NCBI GenBank assembly: GCA_038087875.1
Contig: CM075988.1
Span: 24,430,001-24,494,000, forward strand
Origin: Malacoraja senta
Taxonomy: Eukaryota
Direction: 5' to 3'
DNA: 64,000 bases
Position numbers and translations under genes: made by a program. This document shows positions 24,512 to 37,427 of this stretch, in pieces. The notes beneath the pieces are model-generated. The model was not told the DNA's origin. It saw only the letters and a list, made by a program, of their open reading frames with translations, and did not search any database. Positions within the stretch are counted from its first letter, which is position 1. Every line of letters begins with the position of its first letter.

Positions 24512-25070
24512 AACTTACTTACTTTTTATTACAGACTCAAGGGCCAGATAAAAGAGAAAACATTACATGGAATAAATTGCATACAAAAGCACAATAAATT
24601 GCATACAAAAGCACAATAAATTACATACAAAAGCACAGTAAATTACTTACAAAGGCACAATACATGGTTTAAGATCAAGAATAAAAAATATCAGTGTCCT
24701 TCAACAGGACAACTCTAACAATGTCTCCACAGCTGGGATTGGTAGCGTGTCGTGCTAAACCTTATGTTTGAGAAGGCCAAGATGATTTCATTTTCAGAGT
24801 CATTAATCCGGCAAATACATTTATACATAAGAGTTTGTAAAGTATTGACTCCTGCAGCTACAAACATTTCACTTGCACTACACCATCTAGGTCTCTTAAG
24901 TAATATTCTCATGGCATCATAATAAGCTACTTTAAGTCTCTGGAAGCTTGCTTTTCTGTAGTTTGACAATAGGTGTGCAGTATAGAGTGGAGTACAATAA
25001 GCTCTGAAAAGAGGCATCTTCACTCCATCTGTACACGCACTAAACTTGCACAAGAGAATGTTTGCTTGCG
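24512..25070 (-). mobile_element. RTEX-like LINE 3' fragment
   Basis: LFRAYCTPLYTAHL...LKVAYYDAMRILLKRPRWCSASEMF; 3' UTR with a 22-bp tandem repeat (~24591-24665), AATAAA and (TAAG)n tail. Confidence 0.75.
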
Positions 25071-26029
25071 TTGCCTATAAATATCCTCATCGTAGATTGC
25101 AGTCATTTTCCCTTTTCTGCCTGCGTCAGCCCATTGGAAGCATTCCAATTAGTTCCACACCCCATTAATCAATCCACACAACTCTGCAAAGTTTTAATTT
25201 TCAAAAATATATCCAATTCTTTTTAAGAGTTTATGCAGACTGAGCAGTGCAGCAGCCCATATGTCCTGGCACATACTGAACTTGGCAAAAATATCCCTTC
25301 AGTTTCTTTTGACCTTGATATTATAAATCCATGTCCCCTGGTTATCAAGCCTTCTCCTTTCTCTCTATGTATCATTTCTAATCCTCTCATAATGTTAAGC
25401 ATCTCAGTTATTTTTTTATTAGGAGAACAATCTCAGCTTTACTGGACCGTCCCCATAATAAGACCCTCATTTGCTTGGGGTCAGTCCTGACTTCCAGCAC
25501 TGTGCACAGTTTGCAATGGTCCTTCTGACAGTATAGATTTCTCCTGGGTGCTCCAGTTTGGTCCTGCATCCCAATGGCATGTAAGTTAGTAGGTTAATTG
25601 GCTTCCTAAATCGCCCATGGTGTGTAGGCATATGGCAGAATCAGGGGGAGGGAGGGGGGGGGGGGGAATTCATCATGCAATGGGCTTGCTCTGTGAGCCT
25701 CATAGACTCAATGGGCTGAGCGGCCTATTTCTGTGTCATAAAGAAATACGAGTAAACAGAGCAGTGACAGTGAATAGTCTCTGTTACATAGGGTTCGCTA
25801 CCAACAGAGGCCACTCATGCCCTGACTCACTCTTCAGCATCCTAACATTCAATTGAACTGCTTTTACCAATCTTCCAGTGAACTTTTTCAATTTCCTTGT
25901 GTTGTGAGTTGTAGAGAGTTCAAACGTTGTGTACAAACGTTGTTTTTTATTAAGACATTACAGGTTTGACATATATGCGAGTTTGGTGCACTCTAAGAAG
26001 ATGTCATCATTGCTGCTGTTGAACGAGGT

Positions 26030-26210
26030 TGTTGACTCGCGATCTCGAGCTAAGTTTCTGCTGTTGTGGTAGTGCACACCTCTTAACTGATGGTGTTCTC
26101 GTCCCGCCAAACGCAGTCACGTGACCGTTCCAGTTCTGGAGACGAGGGTTCGATCAGTAAGTGGCTCGACCACCAGGTGGCGCCACAGAGTTACAATTTC
26201 CGTTGCAACT
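26030..26210. promoter_or_regulatory. CpG-retaining promoter-like element with E2F, E-box and CTCF motifs
   Basis: TCCCGCCAAA 26102-26111 (E2F, reverse), GTCACGTGAC 26116-26125, CCACCAGGTGGCGC 26170-26183 (CTCF), plus-strand donor CA|GTAAGT at 26157. Confidence 0.5.
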
Positions 26211-27305
26211 GCTCCACAATTTTGCCTCGTAGCTTCCTTGCTTCCCAACCACTTCTCTCTGTGTCTGTTCCACCATCCCATTCAATGCCATTCCATCCAG
26301 TTTGATCCTCTTTCCCTTAACACCATTGCCCAAGAAAAATGTTTCAGTCTCAGATTTGAAATTCTCAATTGAACCTCAAGTATAATGAGTTTTTGGTTGA
26401 GAGAATTGCTGGTCACCATTATCCATTGTGTGAAGTGCTATCTGTTATCAAGCAGAACAAGAAAGCCTCGATTTTAAGGTTATGCCAACTGGACCCCAGC
26501 AGAGAAGGTAACTTCCTTCTATCCACTCTTCTAAACTTTGCTCTTAAATTGTTTCCCGATCAGTTCCTTCTCCTTGAGGGGATTCCTTGTGACCCATTAT
26601 CTGATCGCCTGCATGCAGTGCGTTGGAAAGAGAATCCTCTGGGACAGAGCAAGCAGCCATTAGTTAAAAAGCCATTTCTGGCACTCCAGACGGAAAGTTC
26701 ACACATTTCAAATTTCTTTTAACACAAAACACTACAAGATGTTATTTTCTGCAGGTGTTCGTTGATATATGTTGCACATGTCCCATTAAAAAGGCAACAA
26801 ACAAATACCCATAGGGTTTAATCTGCAGCAAAGAATGCTCATTAACTTGTCACACTGTAAAGGGATTTGAATTAGAAGTGACATGTTGGATCATTTCGAG
26901 ACACCAGCATATTGTTGGTGAATATCTACAGGCTCTAGGAGAACTGGGAGCCTTCCTGCACAATTGACCAGGGATATCTGGGTGCCCTCTGACTGCTTTC
27001 TGCAGCTGCAACCTTGCCCCGAGCATTGAAGTTGAAATTCATGGACTGTTGCTTGGGTGAAAAGGTGCTGCAGCAACTTGTCTACTGCCTGACAGCTCCA
27101 GGAACCCTGGTTCGATATTGGTCTCGGGCATAGAGTTTTGAATATTTTCGCCGTGATTTAATCTGGGTGCTCAGACATCCCAGAGCCGAGCTGGTAAATT
27201 AATTGGCTGGTGTGCATTATCCATGACGATAGTCATAGAGTTATACAGCACAACAACAGACACTTCAGCCCAACCTGTCTATTGACTAATGACTTGAGTT
27301 AATCC

Positions 27306-27534
27306 CAGGGCCATCTTAACAGCATTATAGGCCCCCGGGCAAAGCAGTGCACTGGGGCCCTTACAATTCCAGTTTCTTTATGCCGAATCAAATATGCCGT
27401 CATGCACTTGCGATGTTCTTCTCCGTTTTCATGTTCTACAATAACATTCTACAATGCATAGATTAGCATGGGGCCCCTATGTTCGTTGAGCCCCAGGCAA
27501 CTGCCCAGTGTGCCCATTCATTAAGACAGGCCTG
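27306..27534. mobile_element. hAT MITE (229 bp)
   Basis: TIRs CAGGGCCATCTTAA / TTAAGACAGGCCTG; perfect 8-bp TSD GTTAATCC. Confidence 0.9.
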
Positions 27535-28109
27535 GTTAATCCCATGCAGCCCATATCTTTCCAATCCTTTCCTATTCATGTACCTTTCTAAATATCACTT
27601 AAATCTTGAAGTCTGAAGAAGGGTCTCGACCCAAAATGTCACCTATTCCTTCTCTCCAGAGATGCTGTCTGACCTGCTGAGTTCAGCTTTTTGTGTCTAT
27701 CTTCGGTTTAAACCAGCATCTGCAGTTCCTTCCTTCATTTAAATGTTGCACTTATTCCTGCCTTAAAAATAATATAATGAATATAATTGTGAATGTGCTT
27801 TTTGAATGAGACTGCCGCAGAGGTCCGGCTCCTGAACCAGCCTAATTAATGGGTGATGGCAGTTCTTCTGGATTCCCCCGTTTACTGAACCCCACTGACT
27901 GCCAGTGTGCAGAGTGGGGGTCACGGCCATAGTGGGACTGGGGCAGTGCCAGGCTGGGGGAAGGCACTGAGAGGAAAATGCCTAACCCTAACTCGCCCCC
28001 CCTTCCAGAGCTGCCCATGGCTGGAGCTGGAACCGCTTTGGGACCGGCTGCGGGCTCCGTACGTGTGGCCCCGCAGCGCGTCCACCTCGGCTAGCATGAC
28101 CTTCTGGAT

Positions 28110-28382
28110 CATGACCGACCCTTCGCAGCATCCACCGACAGCCCGATAGCCCGACCGACCCCTCGCAGCATCCACCGGCCTACCGACAGCCCGACCGACC
28201 CTTCACAGCATCCGCTGGCCTACCGCCAGCCCGACCCACCCCTTCGCAACACTCACCGGCCACCCGATAGCCCGACCAACCCCTCGCAGCATCCACCAGC
28301 CTACCGACAAGCCCGACCGACAGACCGACCGACTGACCCAGACCCTGACCCTAATCCTAATCCTAATCCTAATCCTAACCCC
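28110..28382. repeat. GC-rich minisatellite followed by (CCTAAT)n
   Basis: About 5 imperfect units of CCGACCGACCCCTCGCAGCATCCACCGGCCTACCGACAGC, then CCCTGA/CCTAAT hexamers. Confidence 0.85.
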
Positions 28383-28539
28383 AGCTCTACATTTGTTATT
28401 TATCATTTTTATTTAACAGTTCACATCATAACTTTATAAAGATAAATCAATTGAAAAACAAAATTATCAGCAAGGTTAGCACTACCTTTATTCCTTGGAA
28501 ACCTTGTTATTGTTTTGATGTAATTAGGAGGCAGCCATG

Positions 28540-28710
28540 ATCCCAGGGTCCTCGCTGCCTAGCGACCATAAAACAAAGCGCGGGATTGTCAATTTGTGTC
28601 CGACCTCAATGTCAAACGTGCATTGATTGGACAATTACTACTTGGAAAATTGGAAGTTTTTCCCATATTTCAAAAAAAATTGCAGGGTTTGGTCTTGACG
28701 AGTTTCAGGT
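28540..28710. promoter_or_regulatory. Candidate promoter with RFX X-box-like site and CCAAT box
   Basis: GCTGCCTAGCGAC 28554-28566 (11/13 to GTTGCCTAGCAAC), ATTGG 28626-28630, donor CAG|GTATGA at 28708/9; adjacent CpG-rich segment 27900-28330. Confidence 0.4.
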
Positions 28711-29461
28711 ATGATTTATATAATATTTTTACACAATATGTTAAAAATTCAGTTAGTTCCGTGAGTTGGGTCGTGAATTTTAATGAAAAACCTCCTCGGC
28801 CCATAGCCTAACTCTCTTTAATTTTAAACCCGTTCATCCTGCAAAGATATCTGTGACCTTCCACCTCATCTCCACTCATCATGACTTTGTGAATCTCGAT
28901 AAGATCACTCCTCAGCCTTCTTTGCTCCAGGGAAAACAGTCTCAGCCTACCCAGTCTCTGTTTAGGTTAATGATGGGAAGAGTTGGGAGGGGCCAATGGA
29001 CATGCACAGGGAGATAAATGAAGGGGGAATGGGATCAATGGGATTACTACCCTGGGAGCTGGTATGGACAGAATGATCTCATCTTGTGTTACTGATATTT
29101 CCCCTTCATAAGTACAGGTGTACAATACTGAAAAAAATCCATGCCCAGACCGGCTATTCTGTGCTGTGCAAGACTCCAGAGAATCAAGACTGCTACCTCA
29201 CACCTCCAGAAATCTTGCTTCAATCCTGGCCCTGGATGCTGTCTTTGTGGAGCTTGCACGTTCTCTGGGTGACTGTACGGGTTTACACCAGGAATAGATA
29301 GATATGTGCAGAGAGATACATGGAGGGATATGGGTATAGGATAGATGGGTGGAAGGAGAATGAATGAGAAAGAGGTAGCTGATGGGGGTGCAAGATGGTA
29401 TCAGTATGAAAGTGCCAGCATGAACGTGATGGGTCGAGAGGCCTGTGTCCACGCTCTATGA

Positions 29462-29688
29462 CAAGGGTTTCCAACCTAGGGTGAATTTACCCCCAGGGGG
29501 TACATTTCGTCTACCCAGGGGGTAAATTTGTTGATTCTGGATTTGTACATATTTTTGCTCATTGACTGTGTGTTTGGTTCTGATATACCAGTATCATCAT
29601 TAGTTGTTCATAAATAAGTGAAATAACATTGATATGTGCTAATAACGTTGCCAGGGGTAAACGGGACGAAAAAGGTTGGGAACCCCTG
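29462..29688. mobile_element. hAT (Charlie-like) MITE (227 bp)
   Basis: TIRs CAAGGGTTTCCAACC / GGTTGGGAACCCCTG; degenerate 8-bp TSD CTCTATGA/ATCTACGA. Confidence 0.85.
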
Positions 29689-30299
29689 ATCTACGACTAT
29701 GAATCATGAGACATTTCATGGATATATTAAAACCATGAAGTGGAAATGGAGGAATAGTTTACATTGGTAAAATGATACGCACAGTACAGATGTTTATGGC
29801 GTATGCTGGAATAACTGGGTGAGTAATGGAGGAATTTATTTGAAGCAGCAAGATCTTCTCTACTTCTTGAAAGGGCACAGGAAATGGATACAATAGTAAC
29901 TTTCAAAGGAAATTGGGTAAATAATTGAAGAGGAGAAAATTGAACGACCGTGGGGAAAGGGCAAGTGAGACTAATTGGACAGCTTTTTCACAGAGATAGG
30001 ATAGGCACAAGGGCCAGGCAATCTCTTCCATGTCCTGATGTTGTATAGGTAGCTTTAAAGATGGATCATAATGAGCCCACATAATGGGCTGTGTGGACAC
30101 AACTCCCCATCCAACCGAGAAACCAAACTAATCAATGTTATAAAAATTGTTATAAAAAAATGTTATAAAAATATCAGGCAAATCCTCCACTGAGATTCCT
30201 AGAATTGAGAACTGAGAAACTCTTTTGAAGAAAATGAATATGATGAGGAACTCTGACCAAATTTATCTTCTCTGTGTCGCACCTCCGCTTGTTTTTCAG

Positions 30300-30412
30300 G
30301 CTCCCCTCCCTTTCCCATCCTGGACAGCATTAACCAGCTGGTTCATCATTTGGATATGGAGCAAAGTCCTCACAGTCCCACCACCACGTCCACACTGTCA
30401 GTCTTGGTACAG
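30300..30412 (+). CDS. Candidate plus-strand exon
   Basis: cttgtttttcag|...CAG|gtaaca; 113 nt; SPPFPILDSINQLVHHLDMEQSPHSPTTTSTLSVLVQ open in one frame; may be partly UTR. Confidence 0.4.
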
Positions 30413-30594
30413 GTAACAAAATAGTCAACAGATACTATAGGAGAAAAATCTTCAATGCGTGTTTTACCAAATGTGTAAATGATCCCTTACCAATTCTGCA
30501 CTAATCCCGTGACACTGGACTTGGACTTTCAATTACTGATTCCTTCTTCATTTGCTCAACTTTAAGTGTTCAACTCCATGCAGTGGTTTTGTGT

Positions 30595-30902
30595 GGTTTA
30601 GAAATACAGCATAGAAACAGGCCCTTCAGCCCACCGAGTGCATGCTGACCATCGATCACCTGTTCACACTAGTTCTATGTTATTCCATGTTTTCATCCAC
30701 TCCCTACACACTGCAGGTAATTTACAGAGGGCAATTAACCTGCAAACCTGCATGTCTTTGAGGTGCGGGAGGAAACCGGAGCACCCCCGAGGAAACCTAC
30801 ATGGTCACAGCAAGAAGGTGTAAACTCCACACCGATAGCAAACAGCAACGGAGGTCAGGAATGAATCCAGGTCCAGCTCTACCAGTTGTGCCACTGTGCT
30901 GC
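30595..30902 (-). mobile_element. HE1-type V-SINE (old)
   Basis: V-domain and CR1-like tail recognisable. Confidence 0.75.
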
Positions 30903-30951
30903 TCCAGTAATCCTGCACTGAGAATTGTCACTGGTTAAATTTATTACTTAA

Positions 30952-31487
30952 CTAGACTAGGTGGGACCCATTGGGCACCTGTCACACGGGAGGCCTGGTC
31001 CCCCAACGCAACCCGTTCCCCCAACACAATATTCCACCACTCACCCATAGCCCCCAACTGCGCAGGCACGGCTCATTTCCCCTCATCCCCAGCACTCTCT
31101 CCCCATCCTCATCACCCTCCCTCTTCTTTCCTCTCTACTCCTCCCCTCTCCAATCCCTCCCGCACCTCTCCCTCCCTCTCCTTTTCCGTACCATCAGTCA
31201 TTCCCTCCCTCCCACCATAACTCCTCTCCCCTCCATACCCCCCCTACCCCTCTATCCCCCACCTCTCCCACTTCTCACCTCCCCAACCACCCCCCCCCCC
31301 CCACTATAAAGGTTTAAGATTTTCAAACCTTTATAATTTTTAAAATATACCACCGATCGGAACAAAACTTGTTGCAGTTACAGCACAGGAGAATGGTAAG
31401 GTGGCAAACAATCGTAGCGCTATCGTGTACCGTTTTTGCGCAAATGTCAAAACAACGCAAACCGGAAGATTTTGGTTAAAATATGGA
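30952..31487 (-). mobile_element. Non-autonomous Helitron-like element
   Basis: Minus strand starts TC and ends CTAG|T with an imperfect GC hairpin (GGGACCCATTGGGCACC) ~7 nt before the end; no TIR or TSD; second copy at 8899. Confidence 0.65.
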
Positions 31488-31607
31488 CAATAGTCCAATG
31501 GCCAAATGAGTCCACTGTGTTCATAAATGTTGTATGGATCCAAGGCTCTGATTCCAAAACTTCACATTATCAGCAAAACATTCAAACTGTTCTGCCAGCA
31601 CTTCATG

Positions 31608-31868
31608 TGCAGGAAAGAACTGCAGATGCCGGTTAAAATCGAAGATAGACACAAAATGCTGGAGTAACTCAGCGGGACAGGCAGCATCTCTGGAGAGAAG
31701 GAATGGGTGACGTTTCGGGTCGAGACCCTTCTTCAGACTTTTTCGGATTGAGAACCTTCTTCAGACTGAAGAAGGTCTGAAGAAGAGTCTCGACCCGAAA
31801 CATCACCCATTCCTCCTCTCCAGAGATGCTGTCTGTCCCGTTGAGTTACTCCAGCTTTTTGTGTCTAC
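31608..31868. mobile_element. PLE fold-back insertion
   Basis: Inverted pair; TSD CTGCCAGCACTT(C/T)ATG at 31592-31607 and 31869-31884; intact hammerhead core 31709-31736 (-). Confidence 0.9.
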
Positions 31869-33664
31869 CTGCCAGCACTTTATGCAGGTCATTAACAAAG
31901 CTGGTAAAGGGTAATAGGCCTGACATTGTATCCTGGAGACTCCACATGTAACCAGCTAGTGAGGTCCTCCCTCACTCCTCAAAAATATAAACAGTTCCCT
32001 TCCCAATATGCCTACTAATGCATTAGAAAATAAATATAGAAAAAAACTGCAGCGTTTGGGAACTCTGAAACAAAGACAGATACTGCCAGAAATACTCAGC
32101 AGGCAAAGGTTATCAACCAGAAATACTGGTGTCAGTGGTTATGGGGAGAAGGCAGGAGAATGGGGTTAGGAGGGAGAGATAGATCAACCATGATTGAATG
32201 GCGGAGTAGACTTGATGGGCCGAATGTCCTAATTCTCTCCTATCACTTATGATCTTATGAAATATTAACTTTATTTCTCTCTGTATGGAGGCTGTCTGAC
32301 CACTACATGGTGAGGAAGAAATGGGGATGGGCTTACATGTTTCCAGAGAAGATACCATTTCTACAGGTTTGACCGGTGACACTGAATTCCAACTTTAATT
32401 TCAGAACAGACCAGAGCAACGCCCCACCTAATTCAATGACATTACCAGAAAATGTATGATATCACTATGCTCTCTTATTTCATATATATCCAGAAAGGAG
32501 CACATTCTTTATCAAACATAAGAGTTTTCATTTGAATAATTGTAGGTCAACGTCTACTCATTTTGGTCTATTGTATTAAATTTACATTTTTCAAATATTT
32601 CAGCCTGGCCCATTACAAACCCACCACTTGCCACTCCAATGCCTGATCATTGTACATGGAAGAAGGAATATTATTATCAATACAGCTCATTTTGTTCGAT
32701 TCAGTTGGCAATTGTTATAAGTTTGATAACACATTCTTGCCTTTCAAGGAAAGCACAATAAAGTTATTTCCTTGGAGATGCCCCCACTATAATGTTGTCA
32801 TAAGCCATATTAATGAAAAGAATAGGAAAGGAATAAGAGATACCCAGAGGAGAATCTCAGGGCTAATTTATTTATCCAGATTTAATATTTATACACCTTT
32901 TGTTAAAGAAGGAAAGATTCACACTTCTGGAGCATCTTTCAAGGTTTCCAACAATGTGCTATTGAAGGGTAATCATTATTGTATCATTTGCAACACAGCA
33001 ACATATTTCCAGTCCTGAAGACGCACATTCTCTGCAGCAAGATTGAGCTCACAACCTTCCTGCTCAGAGACTGCTGGCATCTTACAGCTATGGACTGAAC
33101 ATACTCACTACATTATGCTTGGCTAACCAACAGAAGCCTTCCATTGTTAGAAATAGACATTGCAAAGGAAAAAGCAAGAGATCATGCTGCTTTTTGGGCG
33201 AACAAAGAGCTGTGGATTTCTACACACGGGTGAATAGATGATTTCTGACAGAACCCTGGCATGGCTTGGCTTCCATTTCCATGCTACCTCTTCTGGATTC
33301 CCAACCAAAGGAGAAAGTTTCTCACTATTGACAGCATTAAACCGCAGTGTTTAATCACCTGTGGAACTTCCATTTGAATACCCACTCCTTACTCAGGGAA
33401 TCAGTAGTCTCATGAACAGACCTTCATCATGGTATCAATCTGGTCAATTTGTCCTACACTTTTTTTTTTAAGGCTACTGTTTCCTTTCAGGTGCACATTT
33501 AGCAAGGATGCCATCCATAGCCTTCCACAGTTGGAAGACTAATCAGAGCTGTACAACTGGAGTATAACCTCCAGCTCCTAGATTGGAACGGGTCAATGAC
33601 ATTATAATTGTGAACAATTTGTTGAGAGGGTGATCTGCCTGTGGAGTGGTTGTGTTAAATAAAA

Positions 33665-34472
33665 TGGGTGTCAGGGGTTATGGGGAGAAGGCAAGAGAAT
33701 GGGGTTAGGAAGGAGAGAGAGAGATCAAAAGGTCATAAGGGATAGGAGTACAATTAGGCCATTCGGCCCATCAATCTACTCCGCCATTCAATCATGGCTA
33801 ATCTATCTCTCCCTCCTAACCCCACTCTCCTGCCTTCTCACCATAACCTCTGATACCCGTACTAATCAAGAATCTATCTAACTCTGCCTTAAAAATATCT
33901 ACTGACTTGGCCTCCACAGCTCTCTGGGGCAAAGAATTCCACAGATTCGCCACCACCATGATCAGCCATGATTGAATGGCGGAGTAGACTCGATGGGCCG
34001 AATGGCCTAATTCTGCTCCTATCACTTTTGACCTTATGACCTTTAAAACCTACCACAAAAATTGTGCAACGCAATTAAGCCTATTTAAGAAACGTCAAAT
34101 ACAGTGATCACTGGAAACGATCAAGCAGATTGGTCGACAAACAATGATTCATCTGCTCCTATTATACAGAATCTCCCTTTGATGTGTTGTTTACTGTTGT
34201 GGGCACATAAGCATTTTTCCTTCTTCAGAATGGTCTTAAAACAATTACAAATCATGCACCTCTGAAAGACAATAGACAATAGGTGCAGGAGTCGGCCATT
34301 CGGCCCTTCGAGCCAGCACCGCCATTCAATGTGATCATGGCTGATCATCCCCAATCAGTACCCCGTTCCTGCCTTCTCCCCATATCCCCTGACTCCGCTA
34401 TTTTTAAGAGCCCTATCTAGCTCTCTCTTGAAAGTATCCAGAGAACCTGCCTCCACCGCCCTCTGAGGCAGA
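33665..34472. mobile_element. Cluster of CR1 3'-end fragments in both orientations
   Basis: GGGGTTATGGGGAGAAGGCA / CCATGATTGAATGGCGG / GGCCGAATGGCC 3' UTR motifs at 33665-34040 and 34268-34472. Confidence 0.85.
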
Positions 34473-34599
34473 AAAGACACAGATCAACAAACACATCTCA
34501 ATCCCACCTCATGGTAGATAAACAGGGATGCAAGCAGAAGCCTCCACGTGGCACATCCCGGGCAATGCTGACGACAGAAACTGTACCACAGTGACTGAC

Positions 34600-34700
34600 T
34601 GAAGTAGCCAATTCTGCAACCACCGACCGTCAACCGTCACTGACCGACCGGAAAGACGTGATATGGAAGATGGCCGGACACGAGGAAGAAGAAGGTAGAT
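34600..34700 (+). promoter_or_regulatory. Candidate promoter/first exon (ETS and YY1-like motifs, ATG, donor)
   Basis: CpG-rich; CCGGAA 34648-34653; AAGATGGCC with ATG at 34670; MAGHEEEE+G then AAG|GTAGAT at 34694/5. Confidence 0.4.
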
Positions 34701-35199
34701 TAGCAGATGTCCTGTTACCCTCTCAACCTCATTGTATTGCTTTCCTATTCCATTTGTCCTTTGCATTTGGCATCACATGCTTTGGTATTGGTCCTGCCAA
34801 GGCAATGCCATTTATGTTCATGTCAACATTACCGCAGCGCAGTTGACATTCCATTCCCCGCTACTCTGTGATATCACCTCTCCTGTCGGACTGTAACTTG
34901 CATCGTGCCACTCTCAGCCAGAGGGTCACAGGGCTCTTTGCTCTGATTGAAAATGGACAGGCAGTGGGCCACCTCATGCAACCTGTGGTCAAATCCACCG
35001 TACAAAATCAATATCACATCAGCGATCATCTAAAAAGTCACAAAATGAGAAAGAAAACCAGTTATTACCTGTATATTTCTTGAACTGCAGAGATTCTGAA
35101 AGTGAATGAAAGAACCAAAAGTGAGCCAATCTACAAAAAGGTTCAACAATGATTTGCCTTGAATTTATCTTCAGACACACTGTACATGGACATACAGAG

Positions 35200-35420
35200 A
35201 TGTGTAGGAAGGAACTGCAGATGCTGGTTTATACCGAAGATAGAGACACAAAATCCTGGAGTAACTCAGCGGGACAGGCAGCATCTCTGGATAGAAGGAA
35301 TGGGTGATGTTTTGGGTCAAGACAGAGACTGAAAAAGGGTCTCGTCCCAAAACGTCACCCATTCCTTCTATCCAGAGATGCTGCCTGTTCCACTGAGTTA
35401 CTCCAGCATTTTATGTCTCT
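35200..35420. mobile_element. PLE fold-back insertion
   Basis: Inverted pair of terminal repeats. Confidence 0.85.
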
Positions 35421-35741
35421 TTTGGATATTTCTATTTTGGAGAACTGTATGTTCCTTATCTTTAAACATGGAGCAATTTATGCTCAAGCATATATTCATG
35501 TAGTGATCGTACATTCTTGCAGACTGTCTGCTCCGTAACCACGTCACACTGTCACAGATAGTCACTGAGTCCGGACCTCCATCTCATTCGAATATATATT
35601 TGCTCTATCTTAATACATCCATGAAGATAGTACAAACTGGCGACACAGATGGAATGTTTCTCTCAGCGTTGATGAAGATATCATGCAGCAAGTTTCAGGG
35701 CATTTGCAGCATTAAAGCTGAATTTTCCCACTGTTTTCCAG

Positions 35742-36101
35742 TTAAGGGCTTGGACACACTAGAGGCAGGAAACATGTTCCCGATGTTGGGGGAGTCCAGA
35801 ACCAGGGGCCACAGGTTAAGAATAAGGAGTAAGCCATTTAGAACGGAGACGAGGAAACACTTTTTCTCACAGAGAGTGGTGAGTCTGTGGAATTTTCTGC
35901 CTGAGAGGGCGGTGGAGGCAGGTTCTCTGGATGCTTTCAAGAGAGAGCTAGATAGGGCTCTTAAAGATAGCGGAGTCAGAGGATATGGGGAGAAGGCAGG
36001 AATGGGGTACTGATTGGGGATGATCAGCCATGATCACATTGAACGGAGCCACATCGAAGAGCCAAATGACCTACTCCTGCACCTATTGTCTATTGTCTAT
36101 T
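35742..36101 (+). mobile_element. CR1 LINE 3' end
   Basis: KGLDTLEAGNMFPMLGESRTRGH...GVRGYGEKAG; (TATTGTC)n tail. Confidence 0.92.
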
Positions 36102-36619
36102 TTCCTCTGGCCTCTTGCTCACTCTCTCTCTGTACTGGTGATAGTGTGTAGAACTACTGTGGCAACGGATTGTGGTGTTAACGGATTAGTGGACTATCAC
36201 ATGCACTAAATTTAGCTGTGCCTCTGCTTTGAAGAAGGTCCTGGCATGTACAAACTGAGCTCAAGAACCAGTCTGTACATTGAACAAATGTAAAGGTTCT
36301 CCATCAAAGCAAACAATATCCTATGGGATAAAGAAGCAGATTATATAATGAGAGTTTAAAACAATGCAGTATGTGAGCACAGAAATATAATACCCCAGAT
36401 AGAGATTGGACCAGAAGCATCTGGCATGCTGACAAATCTCATCCTACACAAGTGAAAGATGTCTTGTTTAAAGGTGTGTTGAAACTGGAAGATTACTTTA
36501 ATCCAAAGCCATCAGAAATAGTTGAAAGGTGTAATTTTGGAACAGGGTAGCAGAAGCAGGGAACGATATATTGAGAGGATAATAATTTGTAATTTTGGAG
36601 TATTTTTGATTGATTGAAA

Positions 36620-36928
36620 GGTATAGCATGAAACAGGCCCTTCGGCCCTCCGAACCCATGCCACCATCCATCGCCCGTTCATACTAGTTCTATGTTATCC
36701 CACATTAACATCCACTCCTTACACACCAGGGGGCATTATCAGAGGCCAAGTGACCCACGACCCTCACTCTTTTCAGACGTGGGAGGAAACCAGAGCACCT
36801 GGAGGAAAAACCCAAGCAGTCACAGAGGGAACTTGCAAACACCAGACGTACAGCACCCGAGGTCAGGATCGAACTCGGGTCTCTGGCGCTGTGACGCTGC
36901 AGCTCTACCAGCAGCGCCTCCGTGCCCC
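36620..36928 (-). mobile_element. HE1-type V-SINE (old)
   Basis: A/B boxes, V-domain, tail. Confidence 0.75.
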
Positions 36929-37136
36929 CTAGATTGTGTCTTGTGAAATAGGCTTGTTCGTGAACTGTTGGATGAACAAATCCAGTCAAAATTGTTGAGC
37001 ATGGATCATCTGACATTCAAAATCGCTGTGTAAATTGAAACAGCTTCCAAAAATGCTACAAAATGTCATGCAATGCAAATGTATAGCTGCAGCCCAGTCG
37101 GAGAATCACAGCATTGTCTAAACTGAAATCAAATCA

Positions 37137-37176
37137 AGAGACAGAGACAGAGACAGAGACAGAGAGACAGAGAGAC

Positions 37177-37207
<31 letters not shown>

Positions 37208-37246
37208 CAGAGAGACAGAGAGAGAGACAGAGACAGAGACAGAGAC

Positions 37247-37279
<33 letters not shown>

Positions 37280-37427
37280 CAGAGACAGAGACAGAGACAG
37301 AGACAGAGACAGAGACAGAGACAGAGACAGAGACAGAGACAGAGACAGACAGAGAGACAGAAACAGAGAGACAGAGACAGAGACAGAGACAGAGACAGAG
37401 ACAGAGACAGAGACAGACAGAGACAGA
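37137..37427. repeat. (GAGACA)n microsatellite
   Basis: About 290 bp, directly visible. Confidence 0.97.

Noticed and set aside
28350..28382. Telomere-like hexamers
   Set aside because: Only a few CCTAAT/CCTAAC variant units, too short to call an interstitial telomere.
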